DNA of 64,000 bases. It comes from Perkinsus chesapeaki ATCC PRA-425. Its lineage: Eukaryota > Protista > Perkinsozoa. The notes below the pieces were generated by a model. The model was not told where the DNA came from and did not search any database. It saw only the letters and a list, made by a program, of their open reading frames with translations. Of the stretch, positions 48,843 to 60,300 are shown in pieces. Made by a program: the position numbers and the translations under genes. The number at the start of each line of letters is the position of its first letter. Positions within the stretch are counted from its first letter, which is position 1. Location of the stretch: the NCBI GenBank assembly GCA_013115145.1, contig JAAPAO010000001.1:248001-312000 (forward strand), given 5' to 3'.

Positions 48843-50555
48843 GCGGAGCTGTGCATCTCATAATCGCAGTCGGTGATGATTAATAGCCAGTCGGTGATAC
48901 CGTATCAAGATGCTCACTTAGCGTCCTTGAGCATCGTATGCTTATTGTTCACCGCTGTCACTAGTATGAACGGCTCGGCTCTGTTCTATCGTTGTGGGCC
49001 GTGCTTTAATAGACATTTTTAGCTCGCCAGACTCGTCATTTCGTAGTCAGCTGTTACTGGTAGAGCAGCCGACAGAACTTATCAACCTCATCAAAGCACC
49101 TGTTTGTCGTTTAGCACTAGTTGAGTTCGAAGTTTGGAATGGAAACCGCGAGTAAGGAAGTCCAGCAAGGACGCTCAATCAAGATGCTAATGTCACGTTG
49201 CGTGCCTGGGTAGCGGATGTTGAACAACGCGGTAGAGCATCCGATGTCCTAATGAAAATGAGACACTGTCTCGGAGACACTATCACATTAATGTAACGCC
49301 GTGACTGAGCAGAGACATCACATACCTGGAAGTTAATCTCAGGATCGACCACTGCTCCGACGAGCTCAGTAGCTGCACTGTGGAAGACCCATTACACAAA
49401 GGTTTGGAAAGCGATTTAACGCGGGGAAAACGGTTCTTCAGAGGCTCCATCATAAGCTCGAGTAAGTCTTCGCTCTATTACCGAGTTTTAAAGGCTAGCT
49501 TCGGTCTACGTATACTTCTGGTGGCATCGTGTCCTACACGTGCTTCAGTGGACGACAGCCTTTGAGCGTCGTTCTTCATGTTTTTGAGCCCATACAGCGT
49601 ATAGTGAACAGTACTCGGGATATGTAGAAATTCCATGATTCATGAATTTGTGCCCTGAATCATAGTTCAGGCCTCGAACCGAGATCTGAGGTCTGTTTAA
49701 CTGCGAGCATAGTGCCTCAGCGATAGTTTCTACGGTTCTCTTATGTTACAAATCAGGGACCCCGACTCAAGGAGAGATTCCCGGTTTAGGCACAGCGCCG
49801 TGGATGCGCCTTCTCCCTTGATGTTCCTAATCAGTCTGAGTGTATCGACGATTTGCGCCAGTTCCCTGAAGGCAGCCGCCAACACAGTAGAAAGAAATAA
49901 TCCCAGACCTTATTTCAGCGACAAGTAGCGGTTTCACTGTAAGCATAGTTTCCGTGGCACTCCCAGTCTATCCAATGTGCGAGCTCGGCTTAATGAAGCA
50001 ACAGAGGAATGGCGCGGACGGCTAGGCGAACAACAGAGAGAAGCTCGACGCCTCTCCGAATCGATCGATGAGAAAAGAGGCCTACATAAGGCTAGAGGAT
50101 ATTTATGCAAGTAGGAAAGGCTTATATGTCAGAGACCATCCGAGTGTATCGAACCAGGAGCCTTCAGCCTAATTCGCTAAGCTATTTAAACTTGAAATAT
50201 TTCCAGACTTCATGCATTCTCGAGTGTATTCTGCAGGTACTGCAATACACAAGTCAACTTACTCAAACAAAGCTTACAAGGAGACGAACAATAATGCTCG
50301 GCAGATGAAGGCTTCGACTCGCCTGGTTTTATAAATGACATAGCTCATTCAATCGGTAAGCCAACCGCGCTGCACGAATTATCGTATCTGGGAGCTTGTA
50401 GAAACTCGGCGAGCCAAGCGGTACAACCAACTCTCAAAAATTACGATCGGCCTCTTGAATGTGGAAAAGGATCTCCGTTTATTGTAAGGGACTCAAGTGA
50501 CATCTGATTATAATGTGCTTGAGTACAAGTTCAAACAGCGGCCTGTTGCCCATAA

Positions 50556-52463
50556 GGATACGACCACGTATGGGACTTGATCGATGAGGTTTACTCCGAC
50601 CATCTGGTGAAGGTGCGCTGGTGCCGGCAACTGAGAGTGCGATGCCTACCTGCCTACCCGTTAGGGTCCCCTACGGAGCGGCATAAAGGAGATTAGGAAC
50701 ACATGGCGGAAGGTCGGTTTCAAAAGTAACAGGCAGCGGAAACCTTCAAGGCGGCGAGGGCAGGGATCAAAGGAGGACAGCAACAGCACCACTACCAGTG
50801 GCAGCGCACTCGGCCATGGAAGCTCCAAACCCTCCACGACGAGCACCAAGCGGAAGCGAGAATCTAAAGTGAAGGACCCTCAGGTGACCGTTCTTCCTTG
50901 CCATTCCGGGCTCGAAGTCCTCTCCCAGGAATTGCCTCTTGATGCCGCGGAATCACAGTCTGGTCTACATGCGAAGAACGTTGCCCTGTGGTGGTGCGAT
51001 GGTTGCGGCTGGAACTCTGAGAAATCCTCTGATTCCCTAGAATGTGCATCATGCAAGGTGCAGGTACATAAACAATGTGCCGGTATCAACTGGGGTGAGC
51101 TCGTTAGTCCACCACGGTTTGATGCTTTATTTCCCTTTAGGTACGGAAGGCCTCTGTCAACTGTGTGCGTCCGTGGCCAAGACGGAAGGGGCATCTCTGG
51201 ACGATATGAAAAACTTCGGATTGGAGCTCGTCTCGGAGCGCAGCCCTTGCAAGATATGCAATCAGAAGTAGGCGAACTCCGAGTGGGCTGATGAAGATGA
51301 TGGCGACTTTGCTCAGTTTCCTCGATTGCACAAGCGACTCTGGTGATGTTGTTCGAATCGGCCTGTATATGGTGGCTGCAGGTTGCCATTGGGCGCATGC
51401 TTCATGCAATAAATACTCCTCTCAAGAGCCCTCCTCGACATGCCAATTTGAAGACCTTTGTGGCGGCTTAGCCGGAGCATCAGTATGCTGTAAAGCTCCT
51501 CACTGCCAGATTGCTGTTCACGCCCTCTGCGCTGCCTTTCGGTTTCGGGTGACTCCCAGCGAGCCGAAGTTCACTTGTGACTCCCACCTTGCCGTTGGAT
51601 CACCAAAGGCATCGTCGCTCGAGGAGAGTGAAGCCTCTCCTGATTCGAGCAACTCACGGTACCACCGCAACAAGATCCAGTTGATGGAGTCGCCGATCGC
51701 CAGTAGAAGGCGCCGACGGCGGCCCGACTATGAGATGCCCAAACCTGCGGAGCCACCGAAGGTGCCGCTGTTCGAACCGGAAACCCGCCGAGAGGCAAGC
51801 TCGCCGTCACCGCCGCCCGGAGGGACGGCTGCTGCTGGCAACGAGCCAACACGAAAGAGTTTTCGAGGAAACAACATTGCGGATAAGATCGCCGCAGCCC
51901 TTCAGGATCCCGAAGACGCGCCGGAGGAGCGAACTCGATTGATGCAGGAAGCACGAGTTATAGAACAGAAGCTTCACGAGAGGGAACGGAAGGGAGGATA
52001 CCTCAGCCTGGCCCGCCAGTTCATGAAGTTCCTGGCAAAACGTGATTCAGTGCCACGGATACAACTGAGAAGGCATGAAGTGGATGGCGCGTATGTCGGG
52101 ATGTTGGAGCCTTGGCAATTGCAGAATGAAGAATCTTTGAAGGAGCGTGAACGGTTGGATGCCAAAAACAGAAGGATGGTTACTCTCGGGGATATCAACC
52201 GAGATGTGGATGACGACATCCCTTCACATGACGTGGAGGCCACTACCGCCCCAACGGAAGGCCTTGCGATCGGACTCAACGGTTTGCCGGTAATGCCAGA
52301 TCCATCGCCCTCTGAGCGAGTGCCGCCCGGAGAAGGTGCAATGAAGAACGACATACCGTCGCCTGACTATGTTGATCTGATGGAATCAGAATCGGAATAT
52401 GATGGTGAAAGCTCCGATTCTGAAGCGACCAAGAATCGTCGACGTGCATGGTGGGAGACTTGA
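50556..52463 (+). pseudogene. 5'-truncated PHD/ePHD gene copy
   Basis: Lacks the equivalent of 39057-40065. It is otherwise in frame, with several amino-acid changes relative to copy 1. Confidence 0.6.
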
Positions 52464-52803
52464 TTGTTCCGATTTACCTCCGTGCACTCCAGCGACTGTT
52501 ACCATTACTTTACGTTGTTGACTTGACTTAGTAAGATCTACATAGCATTAGTTATCATCCCAATACGATTGACTTCACTATTATCTAAATAGATAATTTG
52601 TTTCGTTGTGATTAACAATTAAAAGCGAATCAGAACTCATCCAATACAGTCATACTAACAACTCAAAACCTGTTAAAGTAAAGATCTCAAAAAACGACAC
52701 GTCTTTACGGCTATTTCATGAGTTATATGAAAACACTCACAAGAATTTAGTTCATTGGTATGTTAGAAGAACATTTATTTAATCCATTACAGTGGTGGAG
52801 TTA

Positions 52804-54308
52804 CTAGAGTTGATCGTCAATCTTCTCACCGTTCTCAAGCGCTTGCTCCAACTTCACCAATTTGGCGCATCCCTCAACCATAATATTGACCAACTGAACT
52901 TCGCTCTTACCAATCCTATCCTCGTTGGAGATATCGTAGATACCACCAACAGAGGCAGAGTCGACACCAGAACCACCACGAGCTTGAAGACCAAGCTTCT
53001 TGCAAATAGCCTTAAAGTCTGGTCTAGCAGAGAGTAGTGGAACCTTCATCATAGCTGAAGCACGGAGGCCAGTTCCCAAGTTACTCGGGCATGTGAGGAT
53101 GAACCCGAGGTGGTCGTTGTGCATGAAGTCGTAGCCCTCGCTCTTCAAAACATCTTGTACACCATTGACGGCGATGCAGAATCGCTTGAAAATTCTCTTA
53201 ATATCAGCACCCTTCTCCATGGAGATAATTCTCATGTGATCTTCCTCATTGAGCCAGACGAGGAAATTCTTTTCGTCATTGTGGAAGATGCCGCGAGCAT
53301 CAGGCCAGTGGCGACCCATTCCGCTGGATAAAAGTAGAGTGGAATCAGGTTCTTGGAAAAGGAAGTGATTCTCTCTCATGTCTTCTTCCTGATCTTTCGA
53401 CATTCCACCGGGCTTCGGCTCGTAACTCTGCGATCCATGAAGAGGGTAGTAGTCACCCTTGAGCTCCTCCTTAAGATTGAGGAGACCCTTTACAATAATG
53501 CGCTCGAGCTCACGCCTCTCCTCGAAGGTAACACTCGGGGGCAAACGAATGCCACGAACCGAGCGACCAGTGCGGACACGAGTGGAGATGACGTACCTGA
53601 AGATAGGTCAGATCCGACGAACTGCAGACAAAAGCCAGACGGTCGCCTGACTTTCCAGTGGGATCGATGGGGGTGTCGGAGACCTTGGAGAAGTCAAGGT
53701 CGGTGGTATGCTTCGCGTCAGCAGGGAAACCACCATGGCGACGATCAATTACAGGATCGAAACTGAAAAGGGAAGACATTAAGCCTCAAACGTCATATGA
53801 AACCTACAGATCCTTGAAAACTTCGTAGCTCTCTTCATCTCCAGCAACAAGGCCAACGGTCTTGATGGAAGGGTGCCCGGGGTTGTCAACGCCGGTCTTG
53901 AGGCATTTTCCAAGGTTAACACCTGAGAAGAGCGTTCATCTGGCACAGAGACACGACTGGTTACCATTCTTTGTAGTCTTCCCCTTCAGCTTCTCGTAGA
54001 TTTCTGGTTTTTCGCACATCAGTTCTGCCATATAGCTGCTGTGTTTGGACAAATCAGGCAACTTCTCCGGGAGCTGAAGGGACAGAATGGAACGTGATAA
54101 TAATTCTCCAAGGCACAGTGGAGCTATGGAACGTTAAAGGCGCAGTGGTAAGTGTCAATCAGTGATTGGTGAGAAGTCTTACATTGTCGGGATCGAAAGT
54201 TGCCTTCTTCTCCTCGCACATATACTCCTTGTCACCGAGGCCTAACTTGATCCACTCGGGGAGATGTTCAACGGTGGGGGCCAGTCCAGCGGGAGGGTAA
54301 GAAGCCAT
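52804..54308 (-). CDS. Creatine-kinase-type phosphagen kinase, copy 2
   Basis: Same exon structure as copy 1. It has [10 protein letters not shown] instead of [10 protein letters not shown] and a few other substitutions. Confidence 0.92.
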
Positions 54309-54703
54309 TGTCTGTAAGGGGAGAGAGGGTGCGAATAAAAACGCTGAGAAAGATCGTCGAGCACCCGGAATGACACGACCAATTATATACAAAGCAGACT
54401 CACGCGAGCGCAGCCGGTCTAAGAGTGATGGAGGAGTAGGGGGGAGTTGGATACAAAAGAGACGATAAGCAGGGGCAATTGCGGTTGAGACGAGACTGTA
54501 ACTTCATTTCTAATCGATTTGGGACGCCCTTTATTGGCGAGCCAACACACGACTGGGCGCGCGGGAACTTGCGCAAGTGGAATTGTGGACAGAGGCAGAG
54601 CACCAGGGTCGGATAGGATACTGTCTAGAGCAAACTGTAATGTTTACATAGCATTAATTAAACGCACGCGATCACACTTATGCATTGAAGGAACGGCTGA
54701 AAA

Positions 54704-54776
54704 AGCCTTCTGCCGGAGTCGAACCGACGACCTCCCGCTTACTAAGCGGGTGCTCTACCAACTAAGCTAAGAAGGC
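54704..54776 (-). tRNA. tRNA-Thr (anticodon AGT)
   Basis: GCCTTCTTAGCTTAGTTGGTAGAGCACCCGCTTAGTAAGCGGGAGGTCGTCGGTTCGACTCCGGCAGAAGGCT forms a complete cloverleaf with anticodon arm CCCGC-TTAGTAA-GCGGG, followed by a T-run terminator. Confidence 0.97.
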
Positions 54777-55100
54777 GTCGAAGCTGAAATGCCTCAGGCG
54801 ACGGGTCTTGTGCAAAGGAACCTACCATATTACTCGGATCAAATTCAAATGCTCCAGTCTTTGTTCCGTAGTCTCTACCGAACATTGTTCCGAAAGCGGT
54901 AGCGTAGTTGCTGAGCATGTTGTACGAGAGATGGTGACAAACCCATTAGCCACGGATTTCCCAAAATATACTCCAACAACTACGGGTAGTCGTCCCACAA
55001 CAGGCATAAAGAGAAGCTGACATCGAATATGTGGTTCCTATCGAATGCGAAGGGACTAGTTCGAAACAGACCAATTATCCAGATCACATTATCTAACATC

Positions 55101-55181
55101 AATGATGGTACATCATTACCATTGGTAACTTACCAACTTGGTAAGTTACCAAGCTTACTTGGTAATACCAAGTAAGCTTGG
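55101..55181. repeat. Chain of overlapping perfect hairpins
   Basis: TTGGTAACTTACCAA-C-TTGGTAAGTTACCAA (55122-55152) overlaps CCAAGCTTACTTGGTA-A-TACCAAGTAAGCTTGG (55149-55181). AATGATG-GTA-CATCATT lies at 55101-55117. Confidence 0.9.
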
Positions 55182-55395
55182 GACGCCGGGACCGTTACAA
55201 CAATCAGAATGAAGTCTGCTCAAGTTTCCAGCCTATAGCGTTACAGCGTAGAATTCACCGCCACTGTAGTACATCGGGAGTACAGGGTTGTCACCCCCGC
55301 ATGTAGACAACTTTTCGTAATACACTAAGAAGTAATCATCCAATGTATAGCAGAAAGGATAGGACTACTCATGCAGACTCTGGTAAACAAATGAA

Positions 55396-55417
55396 ACTCG
55401 GCCGCCGAGTCTCGGCG
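55396..55417. mobile_element. Perfect hAT-type excision footprint (target ACTCGGCG)
   Basis: a-ctcggc-c-gccgag-t-ctcggc-g. Confidence 0.7.
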
Positions 55418-55584
55418 ATTCCACGGATAGCAACGTGACGTTGGGCTCTGATCAATGATGACTCAATAAACCTTACAGGCTCGGGGTGCCCAGGTACGGA
55501 ATACTGCGAATTCTATCCAGATAGTGCAAAAAGAGATGATGCACGTCACCGTCACCAGCTGGTGATCAAGCTACTGCCGCGGAT

Positions 55585-55623
55585 TCCCCAAATTGGGGAC
55601 CCCAATACCGTATTGGCAATACG
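55585..55623. mobile_element. Two overlapping perfect hAT-type excision footprints (targets TCCCCAAT and CCAATACG)
   Basis: t-ccccaa-a-ttgggg-a-ccccaa-t (55585-55606) and c-caatac-c-gtattg-g-caatac-g (55602-55623). Confidence 0.7.
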
Positions 55624-55804
55624 AACTACACGCCCATTAATGGGAAATATTTTCGCTCGCCATCAGTTATTTCTGAAACGCTTTACGAAACGGCTTCCCA
55701 ATAAGTTTCGTATTCACTCATGAAAATAATCTGTCGTGGGGTAACAGTTCGGACCATCAGAATCTCGTGTCCTCCTCAGCTCGGTTATAAGCTTACTCAG
55801 TTAA

Positions 55805-56210
55805 ATGTCAATACTGACTGCCTTAGTTCTCGCTCTCGCTCTCATGAGCACTGCCGTGGGAAACCCGTACCCACGGTTTTCGCCGGCATGGTGGGCCTGG
55901 GAGCAAGAGTGTGGCCAGGGCCACGTGGTACCGAATGAGGGGTCCGGCGGGTGCTGGGAGGAAGGCATGACCTCAACCAGCCCCACTCCTCTACCCACCA
56001 CCACACCACCGCCGGATGATATCGGCTCGGAGACAACTGAGAGAAATTTCCGAGCCCACAGAAGCAGTGGATCGAGGCCCATGTAAGTTTTGCTGAGGAA
56101 AATTCACTAAATTACTGTATAACTGTATAAAGACTCTCTTGCTTTTGTTCAGGCTCGATCTAATTGGGTACTGTGGGTTGCTGACTTTGGCCCTCTACGG
56201 CGGTCTGTGA
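55805..56210 (+). CDS. Small secreted, probably GPI-anchored surface protein (111 aa), NPYPRFSPAWW family copy 1
   Basis: Exon 55805-56082, GT-AG intron 56083-56152, exon 56153-56210. It encodes a signal peptide, a Trp-rich Cys-x13-Cys module, a Thr/Pro stalk and the hydrophobic tail LIGYCGLLTLALYGGL*. Confidence 0.75.
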
Positions 56211-56817
56211 AGATAATCAGCTCATCAAAAGGTACGTTCGAGTGAGACTCGCTCGAGTCGTGACTACGTAGTTCGTACGTAGTGATTCACGACTCTTGAA
56301 CTTCACGACTCGTGGATTCAGACACAATTCAACAACGTGACTCTTCCTCAGTTACCTCGGACCCAGGCCTTATTTGATGAGCACCAGTGGTGGTAATGCC
56401 ATCCCTAATTAATATGACTGAGACGGGTCCAATCGTACATTGCAGTGTTGTCATAAAGATATATCCACATTGTTGAGTTACGAGTTAAATTCCAAGGTTT
56501 TCGATAATATTTCATAACTCTCAAGTCGCGACTACATGGATTTCTACTAGTCAGCGTTAGAAAAGAAATGAGGCAAGCTTCAGAGTCTGACCATACCTCC
56601 AATTTAGAAAAGAGGAGTTGCACAGCGGAAGTTGCGCTTGTTAACCGCGCGCGCCCAGAAATGGGCCCCCAACGTAAAGTACGCGCACAGTTTGTCCACG
56701 TCCTACCACGGCGCCACAATTGCCCGTACTACCATTCATAGGACTCTCCACCAAAGACTGTAAAGTAGTGTCTCTGACCGCTAGTAGGTGACACCCCACC
56801 AGGGTTTTACATCACTA

Positions 56818-56839
56818 GGTGTTAGTAACACCGTGTTAC
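56818..56839. mobile_element. Perfect hAT-type excision footprint (target GGTGTTAC)
   Basis: g-gtgtta-g-taacac-c-gtgtta-c. Confidence 0.7.
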
Positions 56840-57146
56840 CTACTGCGTGATACGAGATCCAGACTTCAGATGGACGGGGTAGGCGCGTGGGAGTGACATG
56901 CGTTTGTAGACTGACGGACAACCAAGGGACATGGGCCTGAGCGAATTGAAGCTTAGCTCAAACCACAACGTGTGCAAGACTTAAACTTCAAGTTGAAATA
57001 CCCGAGATGGAGATAATCCCCAGGGGATTCCCCATCGGGGAAATTACTGAACGTTGAGTTACTAAAAAGCGAAGATGCACGATGAAGCCGTGTCAGGAGA
57101 CCACTTCAATAGCGGAGGGACTCTCAAGCACAGCAGCAGACCAGCC

Positions 57147-57168
57147 GTAGCCACTGGCTACTAGCCAG
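57147..57168. mobile_element. Perfect hAT-type excision footprint (target GTAGCCAG)
   Basis: g-tagcca-c-tggcta-c-tagcca-g. Confidence 0.7.
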
Positions 57169-57399
57169 AGGTATTGAATTTCCATTCACTAACAACCAAA
57201 CACCAACGAAGAAAGAAAATGTCATGGAGCTCATGGCGAGTCAATTATACAAATGGTTTCAATGGCAGGCGCTGTGCTTGCGTCCGTTCAACAGCTGCCG
57301 TCGAAGGGACATCAAATGCAACATGACATCATCGTATTCACAGCGTGACCGTAGAATAACAGATGCTGGAGATCCGGTCCTGTATGGCGTCAACGGCGT

Positions 57400-60300
57400 T
57401 GAGCCTCGGAAATTGAACCTACATGAATCCAGCTCAGGAACGCGACTACCACCTCAGAGCGATTCGCACGCATTGGGAGTTGCACTTCGTTCCGGTGTAC
57501 GTGGCGTTCCAGTCTCTCTATTTCCTGACATGCTGCGGTAGCAAGATGTTGTGAATCCGCTGGACCGTGCGGGGATTCCAGTAGACGCCTAAAGTCGAGG
57601 ACCATGACACCGTTTAATAAGGTACAAACGACAGGAAACCATGCACAGGCCTGGCGTTGGGTTAAGAGCGAATAGCAGGTGCCAGAAGCAGCTCACCTGC
57701 TCCAGTCGCAGCTTTTCGCACCGTCGGTCAACTTCCCTTTTCCACTGCATATTGCGCTCATAAAATCGACTGGCCTCGGCAGCTGAATAAAGGACACCCC
57801 TCACTGTGGAATGTACGGAGTGTTCGACGAGATGCTCGTTATCAGTCATTTCCTGAGAAGACAGGATGGGCGAATGTAAGCACTTATACTGGGACTATAG
57901 TGATGTAACTGAAGACGATCCACGTGGTAGGAGAGCTGCAGACTACAGCCTGTAGTATAACTCCATCATTCTGTCACACTGCAACTGTGAACCACAGTGT
58001 CACCCGCCGAAAGTTCTATCTTAAAACTTCAAGAGCCGAGACTTGAGAGCAATTCAAGTACTGTTATACTATAACTTACGAACCGTTATACATGAGGGTT
58101 ATAGGCTATTGATAGTAATCGATTATCTACTCTCTATATACCATCATTACTACAGGATAATCCAAAAGGGACCACCCACTGAGATATCATGCTGCGTGGA
58201 AGAATGTGTGTCTTATGGGCTCTAAACTCTCGCAGAGGTCTCCCTCATGCTTCACGAGCGGTTGATGAAATTCGGGCAACGCCCAGAAATATCTCAATGA
58301 TCAATACGCCCATCAATCAATGAACAATAGACTATACAGAAACGGATGCTGGCTAAATCCGGTTACATTCCACAGATTGCCCCCTTAGCATGCTGGACGA
58401 GCCCGAACGGGTTTGAGTGCTAAACCGGCTTCAAAAGGGGTCAATGATCCCACAGGTACCCCTGCCTGTCATGCTGTCACACAGTCTTACAGCACTGACA
58501 TCTTTGAACGCATAACCCTGTAGATAACTGAGTCGGATAAACCATTCAGAATCTAGAATACAGCAGCCTACAGCAGTTACCGCCCCCCTTCTAGTGAGAA
58601 CAGCGAGTCGAATTGACCCTCGCTCACCTTAGCTAGATCCCGTCGTTGCCTCGCCCATTCCAGTGTCCTCTCTCTCTCCACTTTCCAGGCTTTTGTCCGC
58701 TGATACATACTATCCAGATTACGAGGTACACTACTCGACCTAGTAGTTGCTTTTCGTGGTGATAAACGAGGTGAGAAGGTGCACTAACACACTACCATCA
58801 AACACACACTTGAAAAAAATTACCTCTCGCATCTCCTCAGCTGCTTTCAGAGACCTTGCCTGAACCACCTTTTCTTCTTGTAGTCTACAACGCTCGCGAG
58901 CTCTAGAGTATATGTCACTGCCTCGGGATGGAGCGGTGCGGGGAGTTGATAACTGGTTAACTTCTGGGGTTGCTGTTGAGCTCCGAGGAGTTACGGGTGG
59001 GGCAGCGAGAGCTCTCTGAGACGCACGCCTGATAACGAGCATAGAACACAAGCTTAAGATTCCCAGTGACAGTAGTGTACTTCATCTCACGCGAGTGTAT
59101 GGCAGAGTATGAGCCCATACATTTCCGCCCATGAAAATCCCTAGAAGAATGCTCAATATCTTGCCGGGTCTCATGCACACTAGGCTCACTAGTTCTCCGG
59201 TGCCGACCTGAAAACGAGCGAAAGATCACGTTAAGGGGACAATTTCTCCGGAACTGAGCCTCACTCATCTTTGTTTTATCGGTAGGAGCTAGCGCAGTTT
59301 CGGGCACAGTTGGATGGCGAGTTGCTGTCTTCCCCAGCGACAAACGCTTTGCAACAGGCTTGATTCCACGCAAACTCTGTTTGGCCTTGGCCGCATTTTG
59401 CATTTCAACTCGCAAGCCGGGCTCATCGTCCCTAGGCGGATCCTCCTCCGTTGTTGTATGGGAGCTCTTCGCTTCATTAAGCGTAACATTCACTCCCTCA
59501 TCTGGCAACATACTCGCTACTGGTTCATGTGCTGCAGTCTGGGCCAACGGCGAATCTCGGTACCGCTGCCCTGCTTCGGGCGTTCGGTATCCTGAGCTAG
59601 CCTCTGTACCGTGGAGGTTAGAATACGTCAAGGCCCTAGGCTCAGAAGCTATATCCATCGAGCTTTCACTCGGCTTTGAATGACTATCGTCCCTCCGAAA
59701 CGGGCCCTGTCGACGTGGTGTTAGCAACGCTTTGACAGTCTTAGGGTGGGTGTCCTTCGCCGCCCTCGGGAAACGGCCATCATGATGATCATCGATGATG
59801 GCATCATTGATATGTCGACTAGTTTTTCCCTTTTCTTCCCGCATGCAGTGCCCTGCAAGGCGTTGCTTATCAAACTCAGTTCTTGTTCTAGGAACTGTTC
59901 GCCTCAAAGCTATATCAGAATCCTTGCTTGACAGCCTTCTGACCTATAGGATAAACTGTTACTGTAGTAACAGGGGGTACTACAGTAAGAGATAAAGAGC
60001 CTGCTTCAGACTGTCGAGCCTTCGATCGACTGCTCCCGTGATTTTCTCCCCATGCGGCTTGGCCTTTTCCCGCAACCCTCAGCCTGGCTATCTGCTGCAT
60101 TTTTCTGTACCGATCTTCTTTCGAAGTTTCATCTGGTAGCTCGGATATTGTCCCTCGCGAGTTAGGTTGAGCCTCGACGACCTGGCGACGTTACACATCG
60201 GTTACACCACCAGAAGTACCGGTCGGGAACAGTTTTATAATCACAAAGAGACCTGCCTGCCGTTCGCGCCGAGTCACAGTAAGTTATTGTCAATAACGTA

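Larger units (their letters stand above)
50556..54527. repeat. Segmental duplication, copy 2
   Basis: Direct copy of 40066-44052. It begins at GGATACGAC inside the PHD coding region. Confidence 0.95.

Noticed and set aside
49150-50555. Stop- and frameshift-riddled coding-like debris at the duplication junction; VETRRAKRYNQL loosely recalls the hAT TRWNS motif
   Set aside because: No convincing DDE residues, CxxH motif, terminal inverted repeats or TSD were found. It is too degenerate to call without a profile search.
55862-55882. NPYPRF as a mimic of host neuropeptide F/Y (RFamide)
   Set aside because: No Gly amidation donor or dibasic cleavage site follows the Phe. The conserved unit continues into the Trp/Cys module.
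57145-57168. CCGTAGCCA resembles the start of the dinoflagellate/perkinsid spliced leader (relict SL or SL RNA gene)
   Set aside because: Only 9 nt match, there is no GGCTCAAG end or downstream GT/Sm site, and the sequence is explained as part of a 22-bp footprint.
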